DNA of 64,000 nucleotides, taken from assembly GCA_032718475.1 (NCBI GenBank), contig JAUCBJ010000577.1:1-64000 (forward strand). The letters are read 5' to 3'. The notes under the pieces were generated by a model. That model was not told where the DNA came from and made no database searches. It saw nothing but the letters and a program-made list of their open reading frames with translations. Made by a program: the position numbers and the translations under genes. The stretch comes from Nemertoderma westbladi (Eukaryota; Animalia; Xenacoelomorpha). Positions 13,321 through 25,536 of this stretch are shown here, in pieces; position 1 is the stretch's first letter; every line of letters starts with the position of its first letter.

Positions 13321-14063
13321 TGTAACTTGGACAGTAAGATGGACTTTGTAAGATGGGTTTCATGACTGTCTGTCTGTCTGTCAGTGACAAGTCTCGTATA
13401 AACTGATTGAGTTACGTTTGTAAGTAAGGTTACAGATTGGTTGCGAGTGTATAGGAATTATAATAACTCTCCTACTCCTATATCATTCTGTATATGTATA
13501 TTTTGTATGTCGGTATTTTATGGTGTCATATCAGACTGTCAGAGCGCGAAGCCGTCAATATGTAACTGTGTTAGTTATATACGGGTACTTATTGTTTAAC
13601 TAAATATAATAAAACCAAACAATATATAATAATTATCGTATATTTTAAGCTATCCACTATTAACCCAATATTTCGCTACATATCCCGACCATGCACCCAT
13701 CCTCTACCTAACCTAAGACTGCATGTCGTCGTCATATTTTAGGGTTGCCATTTCTACGTATAAGGAATTTTTTAGATGTATATAATAGTCAAATCAATCT
13801 AGCAAAAAACCCTTAAGTATTTAGCAATCAATCCGAACCACATATTTTGGAATCTATATATTTCCTTGTTAATGCCCAAAAAAAGTCTATAAAATATTAT
13901 ATTGCGGATCACATGTTTATTCATAAAAATTCTGCGTAAATTTCCATAACACAAGCCAAACAAAAAGAACAGTAGGGAAGAGTAAGTAGCAAATTGGTGA
14001 TGTTCCAGTATAATTAAATATAATAATCATATTTTTAAATATATCGAAAATTTCACGATGATA

Positions 14064-15000
14064 TACACCATGACCCGTAATATGGTGTCATTTTCTGATG
14101 ACACGGACCCCCCCCCCCCCCAGATTTTTCTACAAATCTTCATCATATTGTTTGAAATTTGAAACACAACTAGTTCAACTCACCGTGGTTGTTACCATGG
14201 AAGCCGGAATTTTCGATTTTACCTTTAAATAGGCTATAATTAGTAATAATAATGATTTACCTTTTTATAGGCGTTTTAAATAAGTGTCTTTTGCGAAATC
14301 GCAGCCTCCGTATCGTGGCAATTCTTCACATTAGTTGTAATTTTTTCATATCATTAGAAAGCTCGCGTTGAAAGGATTCCAATTATGTAACAATATCTGA
14401 ATTTCGTTGAGAAACAACTGAGATTCAGGCGTTCAAAGATTGGAAGTTCGCTGCAGGTCATTTATTATATTTAATAAATATAAGTACACGATGTTCTGGA
14501 ACATTTTGTTTAAGTATTAATAGCTACGCAATAGATATATTGGATAGGAATACCGCTGTTGCCCACCAACTCATAAAATAAATAACACATTCTAGAATTT
14601 TGTGTATTTATTAAATATAATAAATGGCCTGTAGCGAACAATAATTCTTGCAATCTTTGAACGCCTATATCTCAGCTGTTTCTCAACGAAATTCAGACAT
14701 TGTTACATATTTGGAATCCTTGCCACGCAAGCTTCCAATGATATGAAAAAAAATACGAATGAATGGCCACGATACGGAAGGTGCGATTTCGCAAAAGACA
14801 CTTTTTTAAAACGCTTATTAAAAATATTTAAAGACGAAAGCGAAAATTCCGGCTTCATGGGGTCAACGACGGTGAGTCGAACTAGTTGTGTTTCTAATTT
14901 CAAGCAATATGATAAAGATTTGTAGAAAAATCTGGGGGGGGGGGGGGGGGGGTCCATGTCATCAGAAAATGACAGTATATTAATTACAGTTCATGGTGTA
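14064..15000. mobile_element. Foldback/MITE with ~430-bp inverted arms
   Basis: TACACCATGA...TCATGGTGTA termini, mirrored poly-C/poly-G and internal sequence; related fragments near 16190-16580 and 44475-44855. Confidence 0.85.
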
Positions 15001-15077
15001 TTAAGGTAACTGATGTAAAAATATATACAATTCCAGAATTCCACTGCAAGGAAATGTAATAATTTCCACAAATTTAA

Positions 15078-15308
15078 GGGTCAGAGTAAAACGCGGATCC
15101 GGGTTCTACATTTAACATTGTCACTACGGAAGTCGATTTTTTTTACATTTTGATAACTCCCAAAAATAAAACTATAACCTGTCGAGCTGTAACCTGGTAA
15201 CCTGCTGACTTTAGTTTATCATTTTGGTTAAAATAACGTGCCACTGTAACCTACTCCTTTCCCTTAATTGATCATATTGGAATCCGGATCCGCGTTTTAC
15301 ACCAACCC
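15078..15308. mobile_element. MITE with ~25-bp TIRs and 8-bp TSD
   Basis: GGGTCAGAGTAAAACGCGGATCCGG...CCGGATCCGCGTTTTACACCAACCC flanked by AAATTTAA on both sides. Confidence 0.8.
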
Positions 15309-16688
15309 AAATTTAAGCGAAGATTTTTCACAATGAAGTTTGGATTGCTTTATTGAATTTAGGTGGAGTGTATTAGAATTGTATTAGTTTAAAAATCACA
15401 ATAGTTTATCATGGCTGGGTATTTTTTGGAAATAAGGGTGTTTGAGGTCGACAAATCTGATGGGCTGGGTAACATACAACACCCTCGTTTTATAGAGAAT
15501 AGTGTTAATAAGCTTCCCATTTTGTACAAGCCAAAATAGTAGTAAAAATGCCCCGGAATTATTAAACAAATTACCGTTGCTCTAGAAACTGAATTAGTAA
15601 CTATGTAGTTGTGCATAGTTCAGCCAATCGATAGTCATTGGACTACAATTTGATTAAAAATACCAAATTTGGGGAAAATCTCACCAATAGTTACCTTGTT
15701 GTTTCTATGTAAAATTCATGTTGCTACGGAAAGAAACATGAAATTAAAAGTGATCCGCATAATCCGGGGGGGGGGGGGGGGGGGGGAATGGTGGACTGGA
15801 CGCAAATCCAATCTTGGCGAATTAATATCCCGCCTCAATGTTAAATTCTCAATTTAGGGAAAGGAGCAGGTTACAGTGGCACGTTATTTTAACCAGAACA
15901 ATAAACTAAACACAATAGAACAGGTTACAGTTTTATTTTTGAGAGTGATCAGCTGTTATTCGCGTCCATTTCCCCTGGAGATGGATTCATTTTTATTGCG
16001 TCCACTTCCACGCCCCCACCCCCCCCCCCCCCCCCCCCCTATCTGCTTTTTTTGGGGTATTAACAAGGTAATATAGAATTGAAAAAAATTGGTTCGGATA
16101 AATTGCGAATTGGTTATGGGTTGACCACCCCCTTTTTTGGCTAGATTGATATTTTATTTTAACTAATAAATGCTTCATATTCTGGAACTTTTTGTTTATC
16201 CAATACGTAGCTGGTCAACAATTCATTACTCATTAATTATATTAGTAATCATAATATTAGGAAGCTATTCATACATTAACAAAATGTTCCAGAATGTGAT
16301 TAAATAAATATATATACAGTAAATTAGCCTCTCCCAGGTGCAAAACCATGCAACATTTGAACGTTAATATCTCAGCTATTTAACAACGAAATTCAGATTG
16401 TGTTACATATTTGGAATCCTTGCATGGCCAGCTTTCCATTGGTACCAACAAACAGCTTTACGGAACGCAAAAATAAAAATGATGGCTCACCAACTAAGTG
16501 GTCGCTTTCAAATTTAATAAATATAATTAAGATTTGTAAAATAAAATAATAAATTCATCATTAAATTATGACACTATATTCCGGTAGAATGTAACGACAT
16601 GCCGACTTTAAGGGAATTCGGGAAGGGATATGCGGGAAAGCAAGTTAAAGTTCATCTCTGGGAAACCCCCCCCCCCCCCCCCCCGTAT

Positions 16689-17083
16689 AGACCCGTTTCC
16701 GCACTGCTTTTTTATATTCTGAGATTTTTTTGAGCTGTTTTTCTAGCTTTTTATCGAGCTATTTTTTTTTCAAGCTTTTTCTTGAGCTTTTTTTCAAGCG
16801 CGTTATGGCTTTTCTAACGTTTAGTTAAAATGAAGAAATAATATGAATGTTCTAGAATTAGATAATTATGATATTCGACCCAGCTTTTTTTGAGCTGTTT
16901 TTCAAGCTTTTTTTGAAATTTTTTGAGCTGTTCTTCAAGCTTTTTTTGGAGCTTTATTCTATATTTTAGGTTTTAACATTCCAAAATTCTCAGATTCATC
17001 TTGAAGCAATGAATTTCTAGAAATTGTTTTAACTAAAAAAAACTTGAATTAAAGCTCAAATAAAGCAGCGCGGAAACGGGCCT
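16689..17083. mobile_element. MITE, possibly PIF/Harbinger-like
   Basis: TIRs AGACCCGTTTCCGCACTGCTTT / AAAGCAGCGCGGAAACGGGCCT; internal GAGCT(T)n repeats. Confidence 0.7.
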
Positions 17084-17113
17084 TTAACCAATGAAAACTA
17101 TATTCCGGGACAT

Positions 17114-17245
17114 GGTCCCCCTCACACGGCGCAACTTGTTGTTGGTCCCCCTCACACGGCGCAACTTGTTGTTGGTCCCCCTCACACGGCGCAACTTGTT
17201 GTTGGCCCCCCTCACACGGCGCAACTTGTTGGACCCTCCCTCACA
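17114..17245. repeat. 30-bp tandem repeat, ~4 copies
   Basis: GGTCCCCCTCACACGGCGCAACTTGTTGTT repeated. Confidence 0.9.
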
Positions 17246-17631
17246 CACAGAAACTCTTTGCTCAAGATAATAACAATTATTACAAAATAAATAGCTAACA
17301 TTCATTCCAATCATTTTATATAGAATATCTAATCGTTCAAATTATCGAATATTAGCTACAGTAGTATAAAAATGGGATGTAATAAAAATTATAAAAAAGT
17401 TGCTGGGAATATAACTTTTTAAAAATGTTCCCGCAATTTGTTGCTGGACTTTTCACACACAGAAACAAGTTGCTGAAATTTATTGCTGGAATGCTCACAC
17501 ACAGAAACAAGTTTCGGAAGCAAGTTGTTGCAACTTGTCGCTGAAACTTGTATGACATTTATGTGAAGCCTCATTTTGTTTGTACCGCCAAATGGTGACT
17601 TCTGCAGTAAATACCCAACAGGGAGGTCCTA

Positions 17632-20600
17632 GAGCGAAGGTCCGAATGGGAGGAAGGTCGGAATGGGACGAAGGTCGGAAAGGGACGAAGGTCGGAAAGG
17701 GACGAAGGTCGGAATGGGAAGAAGGACCGAATGGGACGAAGGTCCGAATGGGACGAAGGTCCGAATGGGACGAAGGTCTGGAAAGGGACGAAGGTCTGGA
17801 ATGGGACGAAGGTCGGAATGGGACGAAGGTCCGAATGGGACGAAGGTCCGAATGGGACGAAGGTCCGAATGGGACGAAGGTCCGAATGGGACGAAGGTCC
17901 GAATGGGACGAAGGTCGGAATGGGACGAAGGTCGGAAAGGGACGAAGGTCGGAATGGGACGAAGGACTGAATGGGACGAAGGTCCGAATGGGACGAAGGT
18001 CCGAATGGGACGAAGGTCGATGGGACGAATGGGACGAAGGTCTGAATGGGACGAAGGTCCGAATGGGACGAAGGTCCGAATGGGACGAAGGTCCGAATGG
18101 GACGAAGGTCGAATGGGACGAAGGTCGGAATGGGACGAAGGTCCGAATGGGACGAAGGTTCGAATGGGCGAAGGTCGAATGGGACGAAGGTCCGAATGGG
18201 ACGAAGGTCCGAATGGGGAAGGTCGAATGGGGAAGGTCCGAATGGGACGAAGGTCGGAATGGGACGAAGGTCCGAATGGGACGAAGGTCCGAATGGGACG
18301 AAGGTCTGAATGGGACGAAGGTCGGAATGGGACGAAGGTCGGAATGGGACGAAGGTCGGAATGGGACGAAGGTCCGAATGGGACGAAGGTCCGAATGGGA
18401 CGAAGGTCCGAATGGGACGAAGGTCTGAATGGGACGAAGGTCCGAATGGGACGAAGGTCCGAATGGGACGAAGGTCCGAATGGGACGAAGGTCCGAATGG
18501 GACGAAGGTCCGAATGGGACGAAGGTCTCGAATGGGACGAAGGTCCGAATGGGACGAAGGTCCGAATGGGACGAAGGTCGAATGGGACGAAGGTCTGAAT
18601 GGGACGAAGGTCCGAATGGGACGAAGGTCCGAATGGGACGAAGGTCGAATGGGACGAAGGTCGGAATGGGACGAAGGTCGAATGGGACGAAGGTCTGAAT
18701 GGGACGAAGGTCCGAATGGGACGAAGGTCCGAATGGGACGAAGGTCTGAATGGGACGAAGGTCCGAATGGGACGAAGGTCCGAATGGGACGAAGGTCCGA
18801 ATGGGACGAAGGTCCGAATGGGACGAAGGTCTCGAATGGGACGAAGGTCGGAATGGGACGAAGGTCCGAATGGGACGAAGGTCCGAATGGGACGAAGGTC
18901 CGAATGGGACGAAGGTCGGAATGGGACGAAGGTCCGAATGGGACGAAGGTCGGAATGGGACGAAGGTCCGAATGGGACGAAGGTCCGAATGGGACGAAGG
19001 TCCGAATGGGACGAAGGTCGAATGGGACGAAGGTCGAATGGGACGAAGGTCCGAATGGGACGAAGGTTCGAATGGGACGAAGGTCCGAATGGGACGAAGG
19101 TCCGAATGGGACGAAGGTCCGAATGGGACGAAGGTCCGAATGGGACGAAGGTCCGAATGGGACGAAGGTCCGAATGGGACGAAGGTTCGAATGGGACGAA
19201 GGTCCGAATGGGACGAAGGTCCGAATGGGACGAAGGTCCGAATGGGACGAAGGTCCGAATGGGACGAAGGTCCGAATGGGCGAAGGTCCGAATGGGACGA
19301 AGGTCCGAATGGGACGAAGGTCCGAATGGGACGAAGGTCCGAATGGGACGAAGGTCGGAATGGGACGAAGGTCTGAATGGGACGAAGGTCCGAATGGGAC
19401 GAAGGTCCGAATGGGACGAAGGTCGGAATGGGACGAAGGTCGGAAAGGGACGAAGGTCGAATGGGACGAAGGTACTGAATGGGACGAAGGTCCGAATGGG
19501 ACGAAGGTCCGAATGGGACGAAGGTCCGAATGGGCGAAGGTCCGAATGGGACGAAGGTCCGAATGGGACGAAGGTCCGAATGGGACGAAGGTCCGAATGG
19601 GACGAAGGTTCGAATGGGGAAGTCGAATGGGACGAAGTCGAATGGGACGAAGGTCCGAATGGGACGAAGGTCCGAATGGGACGAAGGTCCGAATGGGACG
19701 AAGGTCCGAATGGGACGAAGGTCCGAATGGGACGAAGGTCGGAATGGGACGAAGGTCCGAATGGGACGAAGGTCCGAATGGGACGAAGGTCCGAATGGGA
19801 CGAAGGTCGGAATGGGACGAAGGTCCGAATGGGACGAAGGTCCGAATGGGACGAAGGTCTGAATGGGACGAAGGTCCGAATGGGACGAAGGTCCGAATGG
19901 GACGAAGGTCCGAATGGGGAAGGTCCGAATGGGACGAAGGTCCGAATGGGACGAAGGTCTGAATGGGACGAAGGTCGGAATGGGACGAAGGTCGGAATGG
20001 GACGAAGGTCCGAATGGGACGAAGGTCGGAATGGGACGAAGGTCTGAATGGGACGAAGGTCGGAATGGGACGAAGGTCTGAATGGGACGAAGGTCCGAAT
20101 GGGACGAAGGTCGGAATGGGACGAAGGTCGAATGGGACGAAGGTCCGAATGGGACGAAGGTCCGAATGGGACGAAGGTCCGAATGGGACGAAGGTCCGAA
20201 TGGGACGAAGGTCCGAATGGGGAAGGTCCGAATGGGACGAAGGTCGAATGGGACGAAGGTCCGAATGGGACGAAGGTCCGAATGGGACGAAGGTCGAATG
20301 GGACGAAGGTCGAATGGGACGAAGGTCCGAATGGGACGAAGGTCGGAATGGGACGAAGGTTCGAATGGGACGAAGGTCCGAATGGGACGAAGGTCCGAAT
20401 GGGACGAAGGTCCGAATGGGACGAAGGTCGAATGGGACGAAGGTCCGAATGGGACGAAGGTCCGAATGGGACGAAGGTCGGAATGGGACGAAGGTCGGAA
20501 TGGGACGAAGGTCCGAATGGGACGAAGGTCGGAATGGGACGAAGGTCCGAATGGGACGAAGGTCCGAATGGGACGAAGGTCCGAATGGGACGAAGGTCGG

Positions 20601-21745
20601 AATGGGACGAAGGTCCGAATGGGACGAAGGTCGGAATGGGACGAAGGTCTGAATGGGACGAAGGTCCGAATGGGACGAAGGTCCGAATGGGACGAAGGTC
20701 CGAATGGGACGAAGGTCCGAATGGGACGAAGGTCCGAATGGGACGAAGGTCCGAATGGGACGAAGGTCGGAATGGGACGAAGGTCCGAATGGGACGAAGG
20801 TCCGAATGGGACGAAGGTTCGAATGGGACGAAGGTCCGAATGGGACGAAGGTCCGAATGGGACGAAGGTCCGAATGGGACGAAGGTCCGAATGGGACGAA
20901 GGTCGGAATGGGACGAAGGTCGGAATGGGACGAAGGTCCGAATGGGACGAAGGTCGGAATGGGACGAAGGTCCGAATGGGACGAAGGTCCGAATGGGACG
21001 AAGGTCCGAATGGGACGAAGGTCCGAATGGGACGAAGGTCGGAATGGGACGAAGGTCGGAATGGGACGAAGGTCCGAATGGGACGAAGGTCGGAATGGGA
21101 CGAAGGTCCGAATGGGACGAAGGTCCGAATGGGACGAAGGTCCGAATGGGACGAAGGTCTGAATGGGACGAAGGTCCGAATGGGACGAAGGTCGGAATGG
21201 GACGAAGGTTCGAATGGGGAAGGTCCGAATGGGACGAAGGTCGGAATGGGACGAAGGTCCGAATGGGACGAAGGTCGGAATGGGACGAAGGTTCGAATGG
21301 GACGAAGGTCGGAATGGGACGAAGGTCCGAATGGGGAAGGTCCGAATGGGACGAAGGTCCGAATGGGACGAAGGTCCGAATGGGGAAGGTCCGAATGGGA
21401 CGAAGGTCCGAATGGGACGAAGGTCCGAATGGGACGAAGGTCGGAATGGGACGAAGGTCCGAATGGGACGAAGGTCGGAATGGGACGAAGGTCGGAATGG
21501 GACGAAGGTCGGAATGGGACGAAGGTCCGAATGGGACGAAGGTCCGAATGGGACGAAGGTCGGAATGGGACGAAGGTCCGAATGGGACGAAGGTCGGAAT
21601 GGGACGAAGGTCGGAATGGGACGAAGGTCCGAATGGGACGAAGGTCGGAATGGGACGAAGGTCCGAATGGGACGAAGGTCCGAATGGGACGAAGGTCCGA
21701 ATGGGACGAAGGTCCGAATGGGACGAAGGTTCGAATGGAACGATT
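17632..21745. repeat. 17-bp satellite (GAATGGGACGAAGGTCC)n, ~4.1 kb, ~240 units
   Basis: Directly visible; occasional 16- and 18-bp variants. Confidence 0.98.
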
Positions 21746-22199
21746 CTAAAGAATCACGATTAAATACTCAGCCAATCATTTTGGATAAACGCAAGCTGTC
21801 TTTTAGTCTGGCCCCTTATAACATTGCTGCTTGTCATTTAGATGTAATTACCCTTTGCTCGAGTAGTGAGTTTGACTGGTTCCCAGCTAGGCAATTGCCC
21901 TGGCCCATGCAATCAGGGAGCTAAAAGTATAGGGTGTGGAGTGGTGGGGCATTTTATAAGTTAATTACGTTTAGATCAATTAAAAACACATTTCTTAAAA
22001 CAAATCACTTGAACTAATTTAAACTATAATGGAATGGGGTATGGGTATTACAGCTATATAATGTTTAAGTATAATAATTATTTAAATCATAATAATGCTA
22101 GAAAATAATTTATTTCCATTAAAGGGCTGGCAGAAAAATGCTGTTTTTTTTTACCGTAATCAACTAATTAACTGCTATTATCTTAGCTTCTCGAAGGCC

Positions 22200-22395
22200 A
22201 CACGCAAATTCAACTTCGAAGATATCTAAACTTTTGCTAAGCAACATCTGCATCAAGTTTGGTTAGATTTCAACGAGGATTGGCCGAGTTATTTTTGTTC
22301 AAAATTGGACATAACAGAACAAATAACAGACACCGAATGATTTAGTGATACCCGTATGCTAAGCTCGCTTATTTTCGTGGCTCGCCCCACACAGT
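22200..22395 (-). mobile_element. Fragment of Helentron/DINE-1-like non-autonomous element
   Basis: TTCGTGGCTCGCCCCAC is the reverse complement of the terminus at 30912; also present near 25157. Confidence 0.5.
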
Positions 22396-22502
22396 TAAAA
22401 TATACAAAGGTTTACTACAACTAGCAGTCAAGGACGTTACTTTCTTTTTTAATAGGGACAATTATGCTCAATTTGATGGTGTCGCTTTGGACTTTACGCT
22501 TG

Positions 22503-22947
22503 GGCTTTTAACTGCTGAGGACACCAAATCTCTGGATGGCACATTCACAAGAATGCTACGCCGGGTTCATTGTGTCAAGTACAATGCACACATCTCCAAC
22601 CAGACACTATATAACATTGGAGGTGTCTCATTGGTTCCCCCAAGCTTGACACTAGAACAAAATCGACAGCATTGCATTGCAGGCAGGACATTGCTTTCGC
22701 CGTGAGGACCAGCCAGTGCATAATCTTGTACTTTGGCAGCCTCATGGCGTGAATAAGCATGGTGGACAGCAGCCCATGACTTTCTTGAGACGCATCCTAA
22801 AGGACACTGGCCTTGAAGATGCGGATGATCTAGCAAATGTCATGGGTGATAGGGAGTTGTGGCGGTGCAATTTTGTTGACAAGCCGGCACAGCATTCTTA
22901 AAAATGCAGCTGCAATGCAGCATGCCGATCCTAGTAGTAGTAGTAGT
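22503..22947 (+). mobile_element. RTE 3' fragment, same family as 9707-10814
   Basis: LTAEDTKSLDGTFTRMLRRVHC; AGHCFRREDQP; (TAG)n tail; more - strand pieces at ~23500-23597 and ~24160-24615. Confidence 0.85.
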
Positions 22948-25273
22948 TTTGGGGAGCCCTCTGGGCCCTTTTTTGCAAATGTGGGATTTTGAAGAAAAGT
23001 GGCTCGATAGTTACAAAAAATTTATTTATTTATTAAATATATTTATTTTATTTATGTGGATGATTGCTTTGTTTTGTTTGACAGTTTTGATAGTACTAAA
23101 TTATTCTTGGATTATTTAAACGATAAATACCCGTGTATACAATTTACACTAGAGCTTGAGAATGATAATGCAGTCCGATTTTTGGATGTGCTACAGTACT
23201 TGCTAACTTCAGGATACTATAAACCCACTTACACGGGTCTATTTACTAAGTTTGAATCTTTCATTCACTTTAGCTTTAAAGTACCGGTAGCACTTATACA
23301 AACACTGGTATATCGTGCAGTGAGAATCTGTTCGAGCTGGCCCACAAGCCATCAATGTTTTCTCCTATATTCGATCTAAGCCGAATATCCAACGGATATC
23401 CAGCAATAAGTTTAATAGATAGGCGTAGTGTAATTAATAAAACATTGACACGTACTGTATCTAACTCAGATTCTGAGTTGAATCCAGTACCGAATATAGT
23501 ACTACGTTCGGCATGCTGCATTGCGGCTGCATTATATATATATATATTACATATAATTACGAATGCTGTGCCGGCTTGTCGACAAAATTGCGCCGCTTGA
23601 AACTTCGCATAGTTATAACAATAAAGATCGTCAGTCTGCGTTTAGGAAAAATATTTTATGACAAAACAGGACAAGCAACGAGCGCAACGAGGCATATAAT
23701 GAAGACGAGTACTGCGTTGACTAAATTATTATATAAACCACCTGGCTTCACATATTGATCGCATCCCTAGTTATTATTATTATAAAGATCGTCCTAGCCT
23801 GCGTTTAAGAAATATATTTAAATACAAAACAGGACGAACGCAACGAGGCTTATAATGAAAACGAGTACTGCGTTTATTATATTCCTATAAACCACCTGGC
23901 TTTGCATATTGAACGTGCGATTGGAAATAAGTTCGTGCTACCCTTCCGTGGGTGGTAGATGTCGCGGTTATGTATTGGTGGTTGGGAAGGGTGGGGGGGG
24001 GGGGGGGGGAGATTAAAATGGGTGAACACGTACTGTCCCCCTTTCTTTGATTGATTGGTGGTGTGGGTAAATTTCTCAAAACCTGATTTTGTGATACAGT
24101 CGCTCAATTTTAATTTGTATCTCATAACTGGGCCTCGTGCTGCGCGAAGGCCCCACGAACGTGTTCTAGTGTCAAGCTTGGCGGAACCAATGAGACACCT
24201 CCAATGTTATATAGTGTCTGGTTGGAGATGTGTGCATTGTACATGACAGAATGAACCCGGCGTAGCATTCTTGTGAATGTGCCATCCAGAGATTTGGTGT
24301 CCTCAGCAGTTAGAGCCCAGCATGGAAAATGGAAAATTCAACAACTCCCTATCACCCATGATATTTACTAGATCATCCCCATCTTCTAGGCCAGTGTCCT
24401 TTAAGAGGCGTCTCGAGAAAGTCATGGGCTGTCCACCATGCTTATTCATTCCATGAGGCTGCCAAAGTACAAGTTTACGCAATGGCTGGTCGTCACGGCG
24501 ATGTCCTGCAAAGCGAAGGCGGTTCGGTTCAAGCTAGTGGAGACTAATTGAACACCACCAATGTTGTATAGATTCAGATTGGAGATGTGTTCATTGTACT
24601 TGCCACAATGAACCAAATATGGGACCAAGTATAGGACAGTAATATTTTTGGTGCTTCCGTTCTTAGGCAGTTTCTCTAATGTGGTGAAAAAACGCTTCAG
24701 GTTGTTGACGACATGTTTCCACAATTTTGTTTAGTGGTGTTCAAATATATTTTTAAGCCAATATTACGTATGAGTAACTACTTCCGCTTTAAAGACAAGC
24801 TTCCGCTTGAGTTGCGTTCTTTTTTAGTGTGCAAATTTAGGTGTAGTAGCTGTGGCATTACATACGTAGGAAAGACAAAAATAGACTTCAAGGTTCGCAC
24901 CTATGAGCATCTAGATATTAACTGGTAAAGCCGTTAAACCAGTCAAACCGAAACAGTGGTTATGGAACCCTCCATGCAGTAGGCACACAGTGTCTCATAC
25001 ACTGATATTACTGTCTGGACTACAGGATGGTAACAATCGTGATGCTCTTAATGTTTGTGTACCCAATATTAAATTACCAAACACTTAATAAGCAATAAAA
25101 ATCATACCCAATGTTCTTAATTAAATAGTTTTCTTTCGCTACTGGTACCGCCAGCTTCGTGGCTCGCCCCCACTTGATTAGTTAGGCCTACATGATGTTG
25201 TACTTGTTGTATTATACCTGTATTCTTTGGTTATTCAATGTGTATATCTGCCCTGATGATGCTCTACCGTGTG
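22948..25273 (+). mobile_element. Degraded Penelope-like element (RT thumb and GIY-YIG remnants), interrupted by other repeats
   Basis: GSPLGP, YVDDCF, IQFTLELE..FLDV, YKPTYTG, TLVYRAVRICS (22950-23340); KFRCSSCGITYVGKT..RTYEH (24830-24910). Confidence 0.8.
25251..25273 (+). ncRNA. 5' half of a degenerate Penelope-type hammerhead ribozyme; 3' half at 30544-30563
   Basis: Removing the Gypsy element gives CC-CTGATGA-T-GCTCTAC-CGTGT-GTAGAAC-GAAT-CGTTGG. Confidence 0.6.
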
Positions 25274-25536
25274 TAATCTAATGTTGAGGTAATTATCAAT
25301 AATTATCAAATATAAAATACAATTTATTATAACAATAAACTTTAATATTTATTAGAACTTATCTATTAGTTATTCTTACTGCATACTGTTTACAAATATA
25401 TAAATCAAATTATTAACTCTAAGGATCTCACTAGCAGATCAATCAAAATCTTTTTTCCTTCAGTACCGGTAGTTGTTATTATATAATCAATAATAAAAAG
25501 TCTTTTTACTAATCAAACAAAATACAGTACACTATA
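25274..25536 (-). repeat. Gypsy 3' LTR
   Basis: Direct repeat of 30282-30543. Confidence 0.93.

Noticed and set aside
17580-21924. Long repetitive ORFs (MGRRSEWDEGPNGTKVR)n
   Set aside because: Artefact of a stop-free 17-bp satellite; same peptide in all frames with frequent frame-shifting units
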